A stretch of DNA of 64,000 bases from Fistulifera solaris (GCA_030295235.1 AP026173.1:496001-560000); one strand, 5' to 3'. Shown: positions 36,766-48,465, counted from the stretch's first letter. The notes: generated by a model from the letters alone, not told the origin. Program-made: numbers and translations.

Positions 36766-37089
36766 GTTAATTAATATAATAGTTCAACTTCGATGGCTGT
36801 AGCCGCAAAAGAAAATGAGCAAGATTGTGTGTTGTCGAAAAAAAGGTGTGGGATTGATGTTCGCGGTGGTTGATGAATGGACGTGCGATGAGAACGACGA
36901 ACGTACACACGAACGTGCGCTGACGAGGTTTTCCTTTCCGTGCCCATTCCTTGTCGCTGCGTCATCGACTCGTGACTCAATGATGGTCTCTCGTCTCTCG
37001 GGCCTTAGTCACTGTTAGCTATTAGCTATAGAGAGACCAAGTGCCAAACCGTGTCAAAAGTTGAAAATAATACTGTAAGAATTAGCTTT

Positions 37090-37868
37090 TTAAAGTGCCC
37101 GATGGCCTATAATTTCACAAAACTCTACATCTTCAGGGTGACTTTGAAGAATCAAGCGGAGGATATTGTTACCATGCATAGCCGGGTCGTTCGTCGAGAC
37201 GCGCGAGACGAATGTCGTCTCTAGAATTACTGAATTGTCGCTTTGCTCGGACGGCATCCAGGTGCAAAATTCTCCCCATTTCATTCTCATCTCTTTGGGA
37301 AGTGCTGTCTGTTTAACTTTCTCCCACAATCTTCGTGAATCTTGAGATTCCGCCTGATCATCATTATTATTTCGAAATGTAATTTGAATGGTATACAGAA
37401 CCGGCGCGGTTTCTCTCCGCGCAGCGCGCTCACTGGCTTCTTTTTTCAATAGAGAAAGAGACGACTCACCCGAGTGCCGACGTTTCCGATCATTGATTGT
37501 ATGATTTGTCCCCGAACCACCAATCATCACCAAAGGTTCCGCGTTTTTCAGACGCATCAAGGCATTGATATGAACGAACCATCGATAGGCGTGAGGATAC
37601 CGATCGGAAGATGGAACGTCGACTTGCTGTTCGTGCCATTGGGTCCATACATCGGAATCGGCAGATGAAAACGTAGTGTCTTGGATGTACGATCGACCCG
37701 CCAAAAACGCATTGAGATAGGATAAATCGTATTTGTTACGAAAATCGAGCTAGATATTCGTTGTATGAAAAGGGAGCAAGATGATTATAGAATCAGAAAA
37801 AGACGTTTGCTTTCGAACGAGGATTCGAATGAAAGTTGCCCATCACTTACTTGTCGGAGACTGGCCAT
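37090..37868 (-). CDS. Divergent eEF1B-alpha/beta-like protein; intron 37750-37850
   Basis: Exon 1 MASLRQ spliced to LDFRNKYDLSYLNAFLAGRSYI...SSAD...YPHAYRWFVHI (eEF1B GST-C-like N-domain). The C-terminal region loosely echoes the EF1B exchange domain (LWEKVK, MKWG, VSTND, EDVEFCEI). Confidence 0.6.
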
Positions 37869-38246
37869 AGTCGCGAAACGCTTGACTATTTCCACAGCTG
37901 CTATTTGAGGGATTACAGCGTCGCTATATTAGACAAGAAACTAGTCGTTTTATAAGGCTGAGCGTCGTCAACGCGCTCTTTTCGCATTGCGTTCATTTTT
38001 TTCGGTTTGTTTTTATCGCACACAACATCGCCTATCCTAGAGCACGGTTTTTATTTATCACAAAATGTGTCACACAAGTTATCATAAGGGTTATCAAAGT
38101 AATGGTCGTGACGGGTTTACCGTTTAGATGATTCTTCATTGTGACGTTGCAGCTTCAACCCGAACCCTAAAGTGTTAGTTTTGAAGCAAATATCGACAAC
38201 GACAAAAATGGCATCAAAACAGCAAAGTAAAGCTTCGTGTAATAAT

Positions 38247-38592
38247 TGTTGGAATCCACTTCCAGCTCGGAGCAACCCGCAGTATTAAACTTGTAGATCA
38301 ATTAAGCTCCGAGCTTGTTATAGTGAATAGGTAGATCAATAGTCTCTTTCTTGTCCTTTCTTAGTCTTAGTTGTTACTGTCTACCATTGGATTCATCCGA
38401 ATCAATGAGCTCATTGATTCGGACGAGCCTTTGGTCACTCCTCTTCCTGCCACTCGATCAGCCCACCTTACCGCTTTACTTGACTCGCCGATATCGCAGA
38501 CTGTACGAGGACTTAGATGCTCAACGCCCTCGGCTAGTTTCGCCAGACCGGGAGTCGTTCGAGTCACGACCGATACTGGATTTTCTCCAACA
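38247..38592 (-). repeat. 3' LTR (346 bp)
   Basis: TGTTGGA...TCCAACA termini. Differs from the other LTR by one substitution, one 3-nt indel and one 1-nt indel. Confidence 0.97.
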
Positions 38593-41500
38593 CGCCCTCT
38601 CGACTTCGGTGGGCGGAACCTCGCCGGAGGGTGTCCACATGTTTGTAACCTAAAATGACATCTCTGAATTTTCGAAACAGACTTCCGTTCAGTGGTTTAG
38701 TAAAGAAATCCGCCAACATCATCAACGATAGGGCAGTGTTTGATATCAATGCCCAAATCTCGAGTCCTATCCTTAATCCAGAAATATCGAATGTCAATGT
38801 GGCGCGATTTCTGTCCCGCCGACATTCTACCATTTGTCTCCATCCTAATTGCGCTTTCATTATCTTGTTCAAAAACAATTTCCTCCATCTTGTGTCCTTG
38901 AGCTTCCATAAACATCTTGGTCCACATTGTGTGTGGTAGGTAATCGCTGGCTCCAACTAACTCAGCCTCCGTCGAACTTTTCAGATATTCAACTTTTGTT
39001 TCGACGACTTGCACATCAGACCTCCATTGCCCAACGAAGTGACTCCTCCCGTATGACTTTTCATGTCAGGATGTACAGCGAAAGCGGCATCAACCCACGA
39101 GTGAAATCTGTTCAAACTGTCAGCTCCAAGTGTATACGTCAAATCAATGCTTCCTTTGATGTACTCCAACACTCGCTTGAGTTTCGCTTGATCCTGCTTC
39201 GTACTTTTTGTCACTCTGGTACATAGGAATGATACCGGCAATAAAATATCCATTCGTCCACGTGTCGCCACATATAGCAATTTCGCCACGACACTACGAA
39301 AAACTTCCGACTCATCTCCAAGCAAGGGTTCCGATTCCTCGTCAATATCAAAAAGATTCGATCTCGCTGGCGTAGTAGCCTCTCGGGTAATATTCAGTCC
39401 CGACTCCTCAATACTCTCTTGTAGATAATCTTTCATCTGGATCTCCACGGTTTGGTTCGAATTCAACGAAATATCCATCCCGAGGAACTTGTGCTTTTTT
39501 CCGCGCGTAATCGACATCTTTCCGAACTTTGCTTCGATATCCTTGATCACTTGTGTTACAACTTTGGGGTCTACGTGGGAAACTTTCATATCATCCACGT
39601 ACCACGCGATGGTGCATTGCTTTCCATTTATTTTCTTGTTCGCGATACAACTGTCATACGGATTCAATTCAAAACCCATTTCGACCAGTGACCCAGCGAA
39701 CATCTCATACCACAAAAGCGCACTGCAAACGCATCCGTACAGAGCTTTCAGCAGTTGTACGCATAACACTCGCTTGCCTCCTTCGATGGCAACAAATTCT
39801 TCGTATTTTGGGTTCATCTTACACATGATATTGACGGACTCTCCGGTGAACTTCAGTAGCGTAAAATCCGCCATATTAGCCTTCAAATATGCTCCGACGA
39901 CATCCGCGAATAGCCACGTCTCTTCCTTCATGCGCATCGACGATTAAAGATAACAAAAGGGCATCGGTCGGAAACGGTCGGAGAAGCTGTTTGCGATTTG
40001 TCGGTAAAGGTCTTTTTGCACGCTTCCATCGGCCACCGTCCGTCCTTTGATCCGTCCATCTCGTTTCTTCGTGACTAAATTGATTGCGCGAGCTCGTTTT
40101 TGTTCCGGCCGTCAAATCTTTTGCGTGCATCGCCATGAACACTCCCAAATCTTCCAATTGCGCAAATTCATTCATTAAAGCTTGAACTGCGTCTTCTCCG
40201 TAAAGTTTGATTGCTGCTTTAGCGGTCAATTGCGCGAAGACTCGCTCAAAAATAATGTTTCGGAGTTCTTCGACGTTTTCTCTTTCCTTTCGGGCTCACC
40301 ATCATTTTTGCTTTTCTCGTCGGGCGACATGCATGGCCGCCTGAAATAAAACCGTTTGAAACAATACGGTCGGTGTCTCGTAAGCTTTATTGATGTGAGG
40401 CTCATCCATGGCCTCGATCAATCTTGCAGGAGGCCTAATAGAGGCCCGGTTTCTCAAATGGTACGTCGCTCCTTGCTCGTTGTCAATTGCCGTCACTCTA
40501 GGGTCAGCGTCCTCATTTGTATCATCTTCCTCCTTGCGCTTCATCAAATATCTCATCATCTTCCGCTCCTTGCTCTTCCTCAAGTGCAGGTTCATTAATA
40601 TCGCCCGCTCCTTGCTCTTCCTCGAGGATTGGCGCTTGTTGTTCGTTGTCATCGTTGTCAAAGTTGTCGCCGCCCTCGTGGTCGTTATCGCCGTCGTCGG
40701 CATTTTCGATGCCGTTTTCATCGTCATCATTTGGGAAAATTTCATTGTCGTTTTCATTATCGGGGAAATCATGGTATGGGATGTGGGGGTCGAGGGTTGT
40801 GGGGGTCTTCTTCCGTGGGTTCGGTGTCGCCGATTTCGAGGCTGGGGTCTTCCGCTCCTTGATCTGTCTCCAGATCGGAGACGAGATCACCAAAGTCAGC
40901 ATCGGGGTCGACGGTACCGCCCCATTCAACAATCAACCCGGTTTTTTGAATAAGTGGCTGCTTGTCTTGCGTCGCAAGCAGTTCAACTTGATTGACGACT
41001 GCTTCTGTGATGCGACAGACAGTCCACTGGTGTCGAACAATCAACTCTCCAGAGGACAATGACATAAAGTAATACGCGCCTCCGGCGTTTCCAGTAAGAT
41101 TGAGTGCTATGGCGCCGTGTGTCCGAGAGCGTGGTGTATTGGAGGGTTTCGGTGCGTCGTATACTTGGGCATAGGTTCCGAACTCGAGTTTCATCTTGTT
41201 GTAGTCAGGTGGTGGGCTTCCAGTCATAATAGTTTCCGGCGAGATATCTTTAGAAACGCCGTGATTTCCATGGGAAAATGTTCAAACAATTCACAACGTG
41301 CATCATCAGGTGTCGGATGAAGATAATGGGAAGTTTCTTGTAAGGAAGCCCATGGATGGTGGTTCGGGCTCGCTCCTTAATTGTTCTGTTGGATCGTTCA
41401 ATTTCGGGAACATGCGTGTTGGGTGCAACAATATCGAGTACAACTGGTCCCAAGTCGTCCCGTAAGCATGCAAACTCGTTATCACCATGGATTGCAGTGA

Positions 41501-43572
41501 CTGGGAGACCACGGCTGCGGTAGATATCCAGCAGTCGACGGATTTCCTTCAGCATCACTGGTTTTGATCGATCAGGGACCGGCGCAATGGTGCGCCAGCC
41601 AATATTGCGGGAGATTGTCACTAGGAACGGGATTTTGTTGACAAAAACGAAATCAACCGCTAACGTCACGTGATCGTGGTGCAGCAAGATTGACCTTGGC
41701 ACAGCAAGCCGGACTTGATCTGGTACGTGTGCTGGAGGGGGTCCTGCTGTCGTGGTTCCTTTCAGTTTTGGAACATCGGGTCCATAGATGGTAACAGCTC
41801 GTCGAGCATCATCCACGGTCAAAGGGGAGTTGTGAATTCTGTTGTTCCTCAAATAATCTTCAAATGCCGCTTGGCCGGGCCGATTAAGAATCTTGTACAG
41901 TCGTTGAGCCTCATCTGCAAGCTCCACTTGTCTTCTGGTAAACAGTTTCTTTGCCTCTTCTACGGTAAGTACAAAGGAATAGGCGCTAACAGACTGATTA
42001 TTGTTAGGTTTAAAAACGCATTACAAACCACAGTCATGTTCTTCAAATCTCATCTGGGAACCGTCAAGTCGGTGCACAATAAGTGCTGGTTCCACAGATG
42101 TGTCCATTGTGATTCGGCAAACCTTTCTCACATCTTTCACTGACAGGATATTAGCGATTGAATCTTGATTGTACCACACAGGTCCTAGATTCGGAAAATC
42201 ACCTATCAAATGCGAGTCTTGGTGTCCGCCGTTCGTGATAGCCCGCATCACGTCACCACTGTCGCGAATGTTGCTCAAATAGTCCTTGGTATTGAAAACT
42301 GACACGGACGACTGTGTATCTAGAAGGATCCACGACTTGTCTATGTGTCCAGCCGCCTGCTGTGTCATCACGAAGCCCATCGAGAGCAAAGTAGTTTCTT
42401 TCTTGTTAGGCTCATTGCAATTTCCTGAATAGTGCCCATAGTTGTTGCAATTGTAGCAAAGAATGTCTTGATATGTTCTTCCATCATTTCCTGCGATTAC
42501 ACACACGTCGCCTTGAACGAAAGTGTGGTTAGTAGCTGGAGTAGAAGCCTTAGCCTGTTCAGTCTTGTTTCCTCCTTGATTTTGAGTCCCGCGCGGGTGC
42601 TGATGTGACTCGTTTCGCGGAATCTCGCATAAATTCACAAGCGCAAAAGCGGACGCCAGGTCTTGCGGGTAGTTATCGTTTCCTTTCGCGAAATCATTCT
42701 TCAATTCGCCCTAAAAGTCGCCCGTATCGCGTCCGATCTAGACCCTTCAGATACGCCCGTCGCAAGAGCGCATTCCTGCGGACGTTTTTCGTGCCTCCCT
42801 CGTCTCCCGACGGATGATGGGACGTTCTTCCAATCTCCCATCACGCTCCCTCCGCAGTGTTTCACGACCTCGGCCAGCGCTTTCAATCTTTTCATGTACT
42901 CTTCGGGTGTTTCTCTTGTTCCTTGTTCGCGAAGTGTAAAAAGCAACTTTTGCTTCATGTTCCGACATCATGGGGTACGTGCGGTCATCGAAATTCATGA
43001 TGATGGCCTTGATTTGCGTAAGTAGCCATACGCAGTCGTGTTCGTCGTGTTTCTCTTCAAATTCGGCCAGCGTCTTGATTTTGCTTTGCAGTGCCGCGCT
43101 TGTTTGACCCCATATGATAGCATGGAGCGCAACATTGTTTGTTTCCAGTTTCATTTCTCTTTTTGCTAGCACTCTGTCAGTTTTGCTGTTCGAACCGCTT
43201 TCTTGTCTTCCGAGGCCTTTTCCGGTAGCGGCGCTGGGGTATTTCACTTCGGGCTTCTTCATTGGGTCTTGAAAGACGGACGCCAATTCCATGTAAGAGT
43301 CCTTCACTGTTCCTGTTTGTGCAACCTCCTTTAGCTTGTCTTTTGTCTTGGTGAACTGAGTCGGGTCATTAGCTTCCTCCGGTAGCTCAAAAACGTGACC
43401 GTCCATTTCTTTAAATGACCCGCGGAACTTTTTCATCACCCCTTGGTTGTTTCCGCGCCCTGCTGCACCATTCCCTCTACCGCCTCTACTTCCGCGGTTC
43501 TTATTGCCTCCCCCTTCCAGCCGGTGCCGGTGCTGGAGACGGACTTGCTCCTTCAGGCATTGGAGAGGACAT
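38564..43572 (-). CDS. Gag-Pol polyprotein, fragmented by frameshifts and one in-frame TAA
   Basis: RGG-rich Gag start; zinc knuckle CYNCNNYGHYSGNC; protease ILLDTQSS; integrase LAVD / GDNEF / PEIERSNR; acidic linker; RT ADVVGAYL, WYVDD; RNase H WVDAAF, STEAE, EQDN, HIDIRYF, LADFFTK. The last codons run into the 3' LTR. Confidence 0.93.
38593..38607 (-). other. Polypurine tract
   Basis: Minus strand reads GAAGTCGAGAGGGCG immediately before the 3' LTR. Confidence 0.65.
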
Positions 43573-43597
43573 TGTCTATCAACCGATCAAGAGTCTT

Positions 43598-43611
43598 TTG
43601 ATTCGGATGAA
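43598..43611 (-). other. Atypical primer-binding-site position, self-complementary to the LTR
   Basis: Minus strand TTCATCCGAATCAA abuts the 5' LTR, has no TGG start, and is the exact complement of LTR segment 43767-43754. Confidence 0.75.
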
Positions 43612-43953
43612 TGTTGGAATCCACTTCCAGCTCGGAGCAACCCGCAGTATTAAACTTGTAGATCAATTAAGCTCCGAGCTTGTTATAGTGAATAGGTAGA
43701 TCAATAGTCTCTTTCTTGTCCTTTCTTAGTCTTAGTTGTTACTGTCTACTGGATTCATCCGAATCAATGAGCTCATTGATTCGGACGAGCCTTGGTCACT
43801 CCTCTTCCTGCCACTCGATCAGCCCACCTTACCGCTTTACTTGACTCGCCGATATCGCAGACTGTACGAGGACTTAGATGCTCAACGCCCTCGGCTAGTT
43901 TCGCCAGACCGGGAGTCGTTCGAGTCACGACCGATACTTGATTTTCTCCAACA
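43612..43953 (-). repeat. 5' LTR (342 bp)
   Basis: Direct repeat of 38247-38592 lying upstream of the gag ATG (43572). Confidence 0.97.
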
Positions 43954-43976
43954 ATAATGACATGTTCCTATAGTGT

Positions 43977-45267
43977 ATGAATCAACGGATGACATCTATG
44001 CTGAGAAATATCGTCAATGATGCAAAGAGCGGTAGCGAGGCGGCTCGCAAGATTGCCCGGACGACTACATCGCGAGCCATTCAGGCCATCACTCTTTTTC
44101 TTGTCGTAGTCGGAACAATTACTCTAGCCGGCGACTTCTATTTCCTTACCAACCTCCGAAAATCTCGCAAAAATCATCGTTCGCAAAAATTAGTCTCTAC
44201 TGCAAGAACACACAGCAGTGCAACTCTTCACGATCGAAGTGTGGTGGCCAATCTGTTACGAGACGCCGGTGCCACGGTGAAGGATGAATCCAAATTACCG
44301 ACACTGGGGCAAATCGCCGACTTGTATGGACCAAGACCCGTGATATTAGGCCTCGAGCATTGTGAGCGGTTTCGCACTTCGGTTCCGGCTTCCGGTAAGT
44401 AAGCTAGGCGACCATCGAAACCGCGTACAACACTCATAGGCGTCTCTCCCTCTCTCAAGAACGCATGCTGGGTGCCGCCGGAATGTTTTCGACGGGGACG
44501 AACCTAGTGACGCACCTATTGAAGAAGAACTGTTATATTCCCGAGCGCGCCGAAAAGTATGGTCTCGAGACGGCGACGAAAGAACAATTAGGCATGCGAT
44601 GGCAGGTACCTTGGGGAAAACACACACCGGCGGACTACAAAATTAAGCATGCCACCGAGAAGGCACAACAGATCAATAAAGACTTAATTTTGCCATGCGT
44701 GACAATCAGATCGCCGTGGCGATGGATGCAGAGCATGTGCAAGAATCCCTACACAGCTCGTTGGCCGCATGCAAACATCTGTCCTCATTTGGTCGTCAAC
44801 GCATCGGAATCCAGTCAGCAATGGAATCCAGTATCGGTCAAATACGGAGCAGGAACGGAAAATTACACATCGCTGGTTCATCTGTGGATCGAATGGTATG
44901 GCCAGTATGCACGATTAGTGCTGAATGACGATTTTGTAGAAAACCAGTCATATCCGGTCCTGATCATACGCATGGAAGATCTCATCTTTTATACACAAGA
45001 AACAGTGACGCAGATCTGCCAATGTGCAGGAGGAGTCATCTATGCTGACAAACCGTTTGAATATGTAGTTGAATCGGCCAAAAAGATTCACCAGGGCACG
45101 ACACCAGTATTGGATTAACGGAAGCGTGGATTAAATACAGTAAACCGCTTCAACCGCATGCCGGTTTTGTGCCGGAAGACTATCTTGCGGGCATTGACGC
45201 TTTAAATCATGATGATCTGTTCAAGTTAGTGGAACTCTTACATTATCATCATCCTCCATCCGATTAG
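43977..45267 (+). CDS. Type II membrane sulfotransferase-like protein (paralog B); intron 44395-44459; frameshift near 45080
   Basis: TM; AGMFSTGTN, WQVPWGKH, IRSPWRWMQS and IIRMEDL, collinear with 12061-13744. Confidence 0.78.
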
Positions 45268-45652
45268 AAAAGAAACTTCGGCCACATAACTGTTACGTAC
45301 GGCAGATAAGTGATGAACGCATCAATTTAGTCCATCGAGACTACCAGTGTGTTGAAAGTGGTCTGGTTTCTGAGTCAATTTCTCAGTGAAACGCATTTCA
45401 TCTTTCTGCTCGATCGCGCATTCTTCATTTAAGTGGTGCATCATCATGCGATCGAAAGAGCCATGCAACTATTGCTATGTCAACTTAGAGTTTGTCGATG
45501 GTATTGCACCCTGTGTTTTAGCTAATGCCCTATGACTTATTAGTCTAGCCACTTTAGTGTTAGCGTGCGACTCGTTAGCAAGATTAACTGTCGCATAGGT
45601 TTTGTCGCTGCAGCTCAATAATCGCCGTTAGCCGCGTACCGGTACAGTAACA

Positions 45653-46764
45653 TCATAGCTCCACCTCTACGTTGTCGAGAATGGATAAGTCTTGCTGCCT
45701 ATAATCTATTGGTAGCGGCGGGAAGAGTTTATCGCTCTTGTTTTTGATAATGCTTGCTTGCATTAACGAGTTCAACGACATCATATCTGTTTCCGTTGTC
45801 GAGCTTTTCGAGGCTTGTAATTGCTGCAACGAGCTGGGACTAGGCACGCCCATCTCTTCGCAAAGACGCCGATTCATCTCCTTGAGTTCCAAGAGATTTA
45901 CTTGCGACGAGACTGCCAGAGACTTACTCCTGCTGGAGTCGTTCTGTAAAAGGAAGGGAATATCTTCGCATCGGCGGCGTTTTCCGTCCTGCACGGACGC
46001 CCAGCTTGATCTACGCCTATTATTTCTACCTCCATTGATTTTTTGGGCTTCGATCTCGTCATGAACCGCCAATCTTTGTGCTCGTTGCATCGACCACTTT
46101 GAAACGTGTTCTATCACGTTGACGAATGGCATCGGCTAAACTAGGGTCGCCCTCCTCCCCATTATCCTCGCCGCCAGACAGAACTTCTCTGCGGATTTTC
46201 TGCAGTATAGCTCGTCGTTGTTCGGAAAGAACTGCATTTACATAAATAGCTCTGTGGACACACAACTCAGATTGTAACAAAGGGGAATGGAAGGGTTCCA
46301 GCCCTCGCAAGCAGTAAAAATCTTCTAAAACCTCGTCCAAGTCTCCTTGAAGAGAACGAAACATCCGAATAGTAGCCATTCGATCGCTTTTGAAATCTTC
46401 ATAGTCTTCTTCCTGAAATTGAATGAAAAGGATAGGGTAGAATGATCAGAAAACGAAATGGCCGAAGCGATTCTCAGTGCTTACGAAACGCTGAAAATGA
46501 CCCAGTCCCAGTGTAACATACCGTATACCATATCTGAGATCGCCTTCTTGCCTCCTCTATCGAATCAAGGCTCTCTTCTTCACTCAGATGCCCTGAAAGA
46601 GTTCGGAATTCATAACAGGCCTCATTGAGAGCGAACTGCACGCGCTTGTTTCCATTTCGGTGACCAATGACTTCATAAGGGCTCCTCCCAGTGTGCCGCA
46701 TTTCGCAATTACGAAAGGTTGTCGATTCATCTGATTTTAATTCAGCTGATACTTCCACATTCAT
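45653..46764 (-). CDS. Hypothetical protein of a common diatom family; intron 46413-46521; frameshift near 46140
   Basis: KRVQF...IWYT|EEDYEDFK...CLRGLE...VNAVLSEQ...S..RA motif series, spread over three ORF pieces. Confidence 0.65.
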
Positions 46765-48465
46765 TGTGGCTTACTGCTGCCTCGAAGCCAATGATGGCTT
46801 GCGATTTATGTGCAATGCCTTGCTTCCGATTGTGATCCCAACAATGAAGTGAAGGAGCTTCATTATTATCTTCCCGTTCGAGGGTCGAAGTCTCCTAAGG
46901 AAAGCAAAATGCCAGGTACAAAGTACACTGTAACCTCAAAGACGTTCCGCTAATGTCTTGCGCTGTAAATAAGAAATAAGATATAGTTCTACAGTGGTTG
47001 GAGAAGTACGAAAGAAAACAGAGGAATTCTTATTTATTCAAAATTGACAAAGTTTGAAGTTTAAAGTAGAATTCGTGACTGTTAAAGTGCTCTCATATTT
47101 GATTTTACGTAATCTTTGGTACATATCAGAGTAGAGTAGACTCTCCACAATGTTTTTACAGTACAGACCTTAGTCCAATGAGAAAGAAGTCCTAAGCCCC
47201 AAATACGAACTTAGTGTCTACGTGGTACTCATGTTCCGCGATTCTTCATGCCTATAGTCTTGCTCTTACTTTTTACGCCATACAACTTTGTCTTAATATA
47301 AAGGTAGATTGTAGCTTAGCTTCTGTTTTCAAATTTCGACCTTCCTACAATAACACTCAAAAATTAGGACCAAAGTCATGGGGCAATAGTCTTACTTCCG
47401 TTTTACAAGTAGAAGAGGGCTTTGGGCCTTTATTGGTCTTGGAATTTGAGAACCGTGACATGGACCGTGACCGTGAACCGTGAGAACAACAAAGACGATA
47501 CCAGGTAAAAGGCCAGCACGTCATCCGGCCGAGTGAAGAGAGTGACGAGACAAACTCGTCTGTCCTTCAGTCGATCACTGACAACTGACAACGAGACGCA
47601 AACGAATAACGCAAAAATTATTGAAATAGATCAAAAACAACACCACTGTTTGTATCCTTTTGCCATTACGAAGTAAATCTTCTCTTCATAACACGCAATA
47701 TGGTTCTCAGTGCACAAGCGCAGCGCAACTGGTAAGACCTACCAAGCAGTGGGCTTCGGGCGTTAATATCCTCACATTCACTGTTCGTTCATCATCCATC
47801 ACCATGTTTCCTTTACTACCAAAAGGCGGATAGCGGCCATTGTTGGATCTATAGCTGTAGCTGCACAAGGAATACTGTGGACGGACTATGATTTGCCGAC
47901 TCCGACACCCAATGAACGCCATGTCTTCTCTGGGATTCAAGACTATTATAAGAGTGGTGCTTGGAAATCTCGGTGGTTAGGAGTCAACCCGCCGACAGGT
48001 CACGACACGGGACGCAATGAATAAGATCAAGCGTCTTGAGCCGTTTCGTTCGGTCGGAACTGAACAAATTTGTCTTTTGGTCCCTGCTACTTAGGGGAAC
48101 GGCTCCACTCAAACTCAAAGATCCTTGCGTTTGTCAAATAGTCAGAATGCAATGGTTGAAATAGCTTTTGGTGGACTTCACAGAGCATTTAACGGAGTTT
48201 TAACTATAGTTGGAGCGATGTGCTTGGTAGTCTATCAAAAGGATTGCTTTCGCATTAGCATCACGTGACACACGTATGGAGGACGGACGCTGTCGTACCG
48301 GTGCTATGTTCTTCGCTTCTGCATGATACCATCGCGACCATCGGATTTTTCGAATTTTGACGTCAAATGCAAAAGATTGCCGAGTCGTCTAATCTAACTT
48401 CTCTTTAACTTCTAGCTCCTTGTTTCGGCATTAACGTGGTTATCAATCATCAGGTTTCATTCAAA

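Larger units (their letters stand above)
38247..43953 (-). mobile_element. Full-length Ty1/copia LTR retrotransposon (CoDi-like)
   Basis: Two near-identical TG...CA LTRs; 5-bp TSD ATAAT (38242-38246 and 43954-43958); domain order Gag-PR-IN-RT-RH. Confidence 0.97.

Noticed and set aside
38351..38658. Plus-strand ORFs in the LTRs (also 43736-43957)
   Set aside because: Non-ATG starts, frames differ between the two LTR copies, and there are no domains.
30928..42023. Two in-frame TAA codons where Tyr is plausible (30928; 42023-42021), hinting at TAA reassignment
   Set aside because: TAA is the normal terminator of several conserved genes here (UBC12, PDX1, COX19, PGM), and TAY to TAA is a single-base change.
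42700..42960. Programmed ribosomal frameshift within gag-pol
   Set aside because: There are many frameshifts across the element, including inside conserved RT/RNase H motifs, matching the window-wide error pattern. No single slippery site stands out.
47452..47483. ACCGTG repeated four times
   Set aside because: Too short, with no associated TIRs or gene; a simple tandem repeat.
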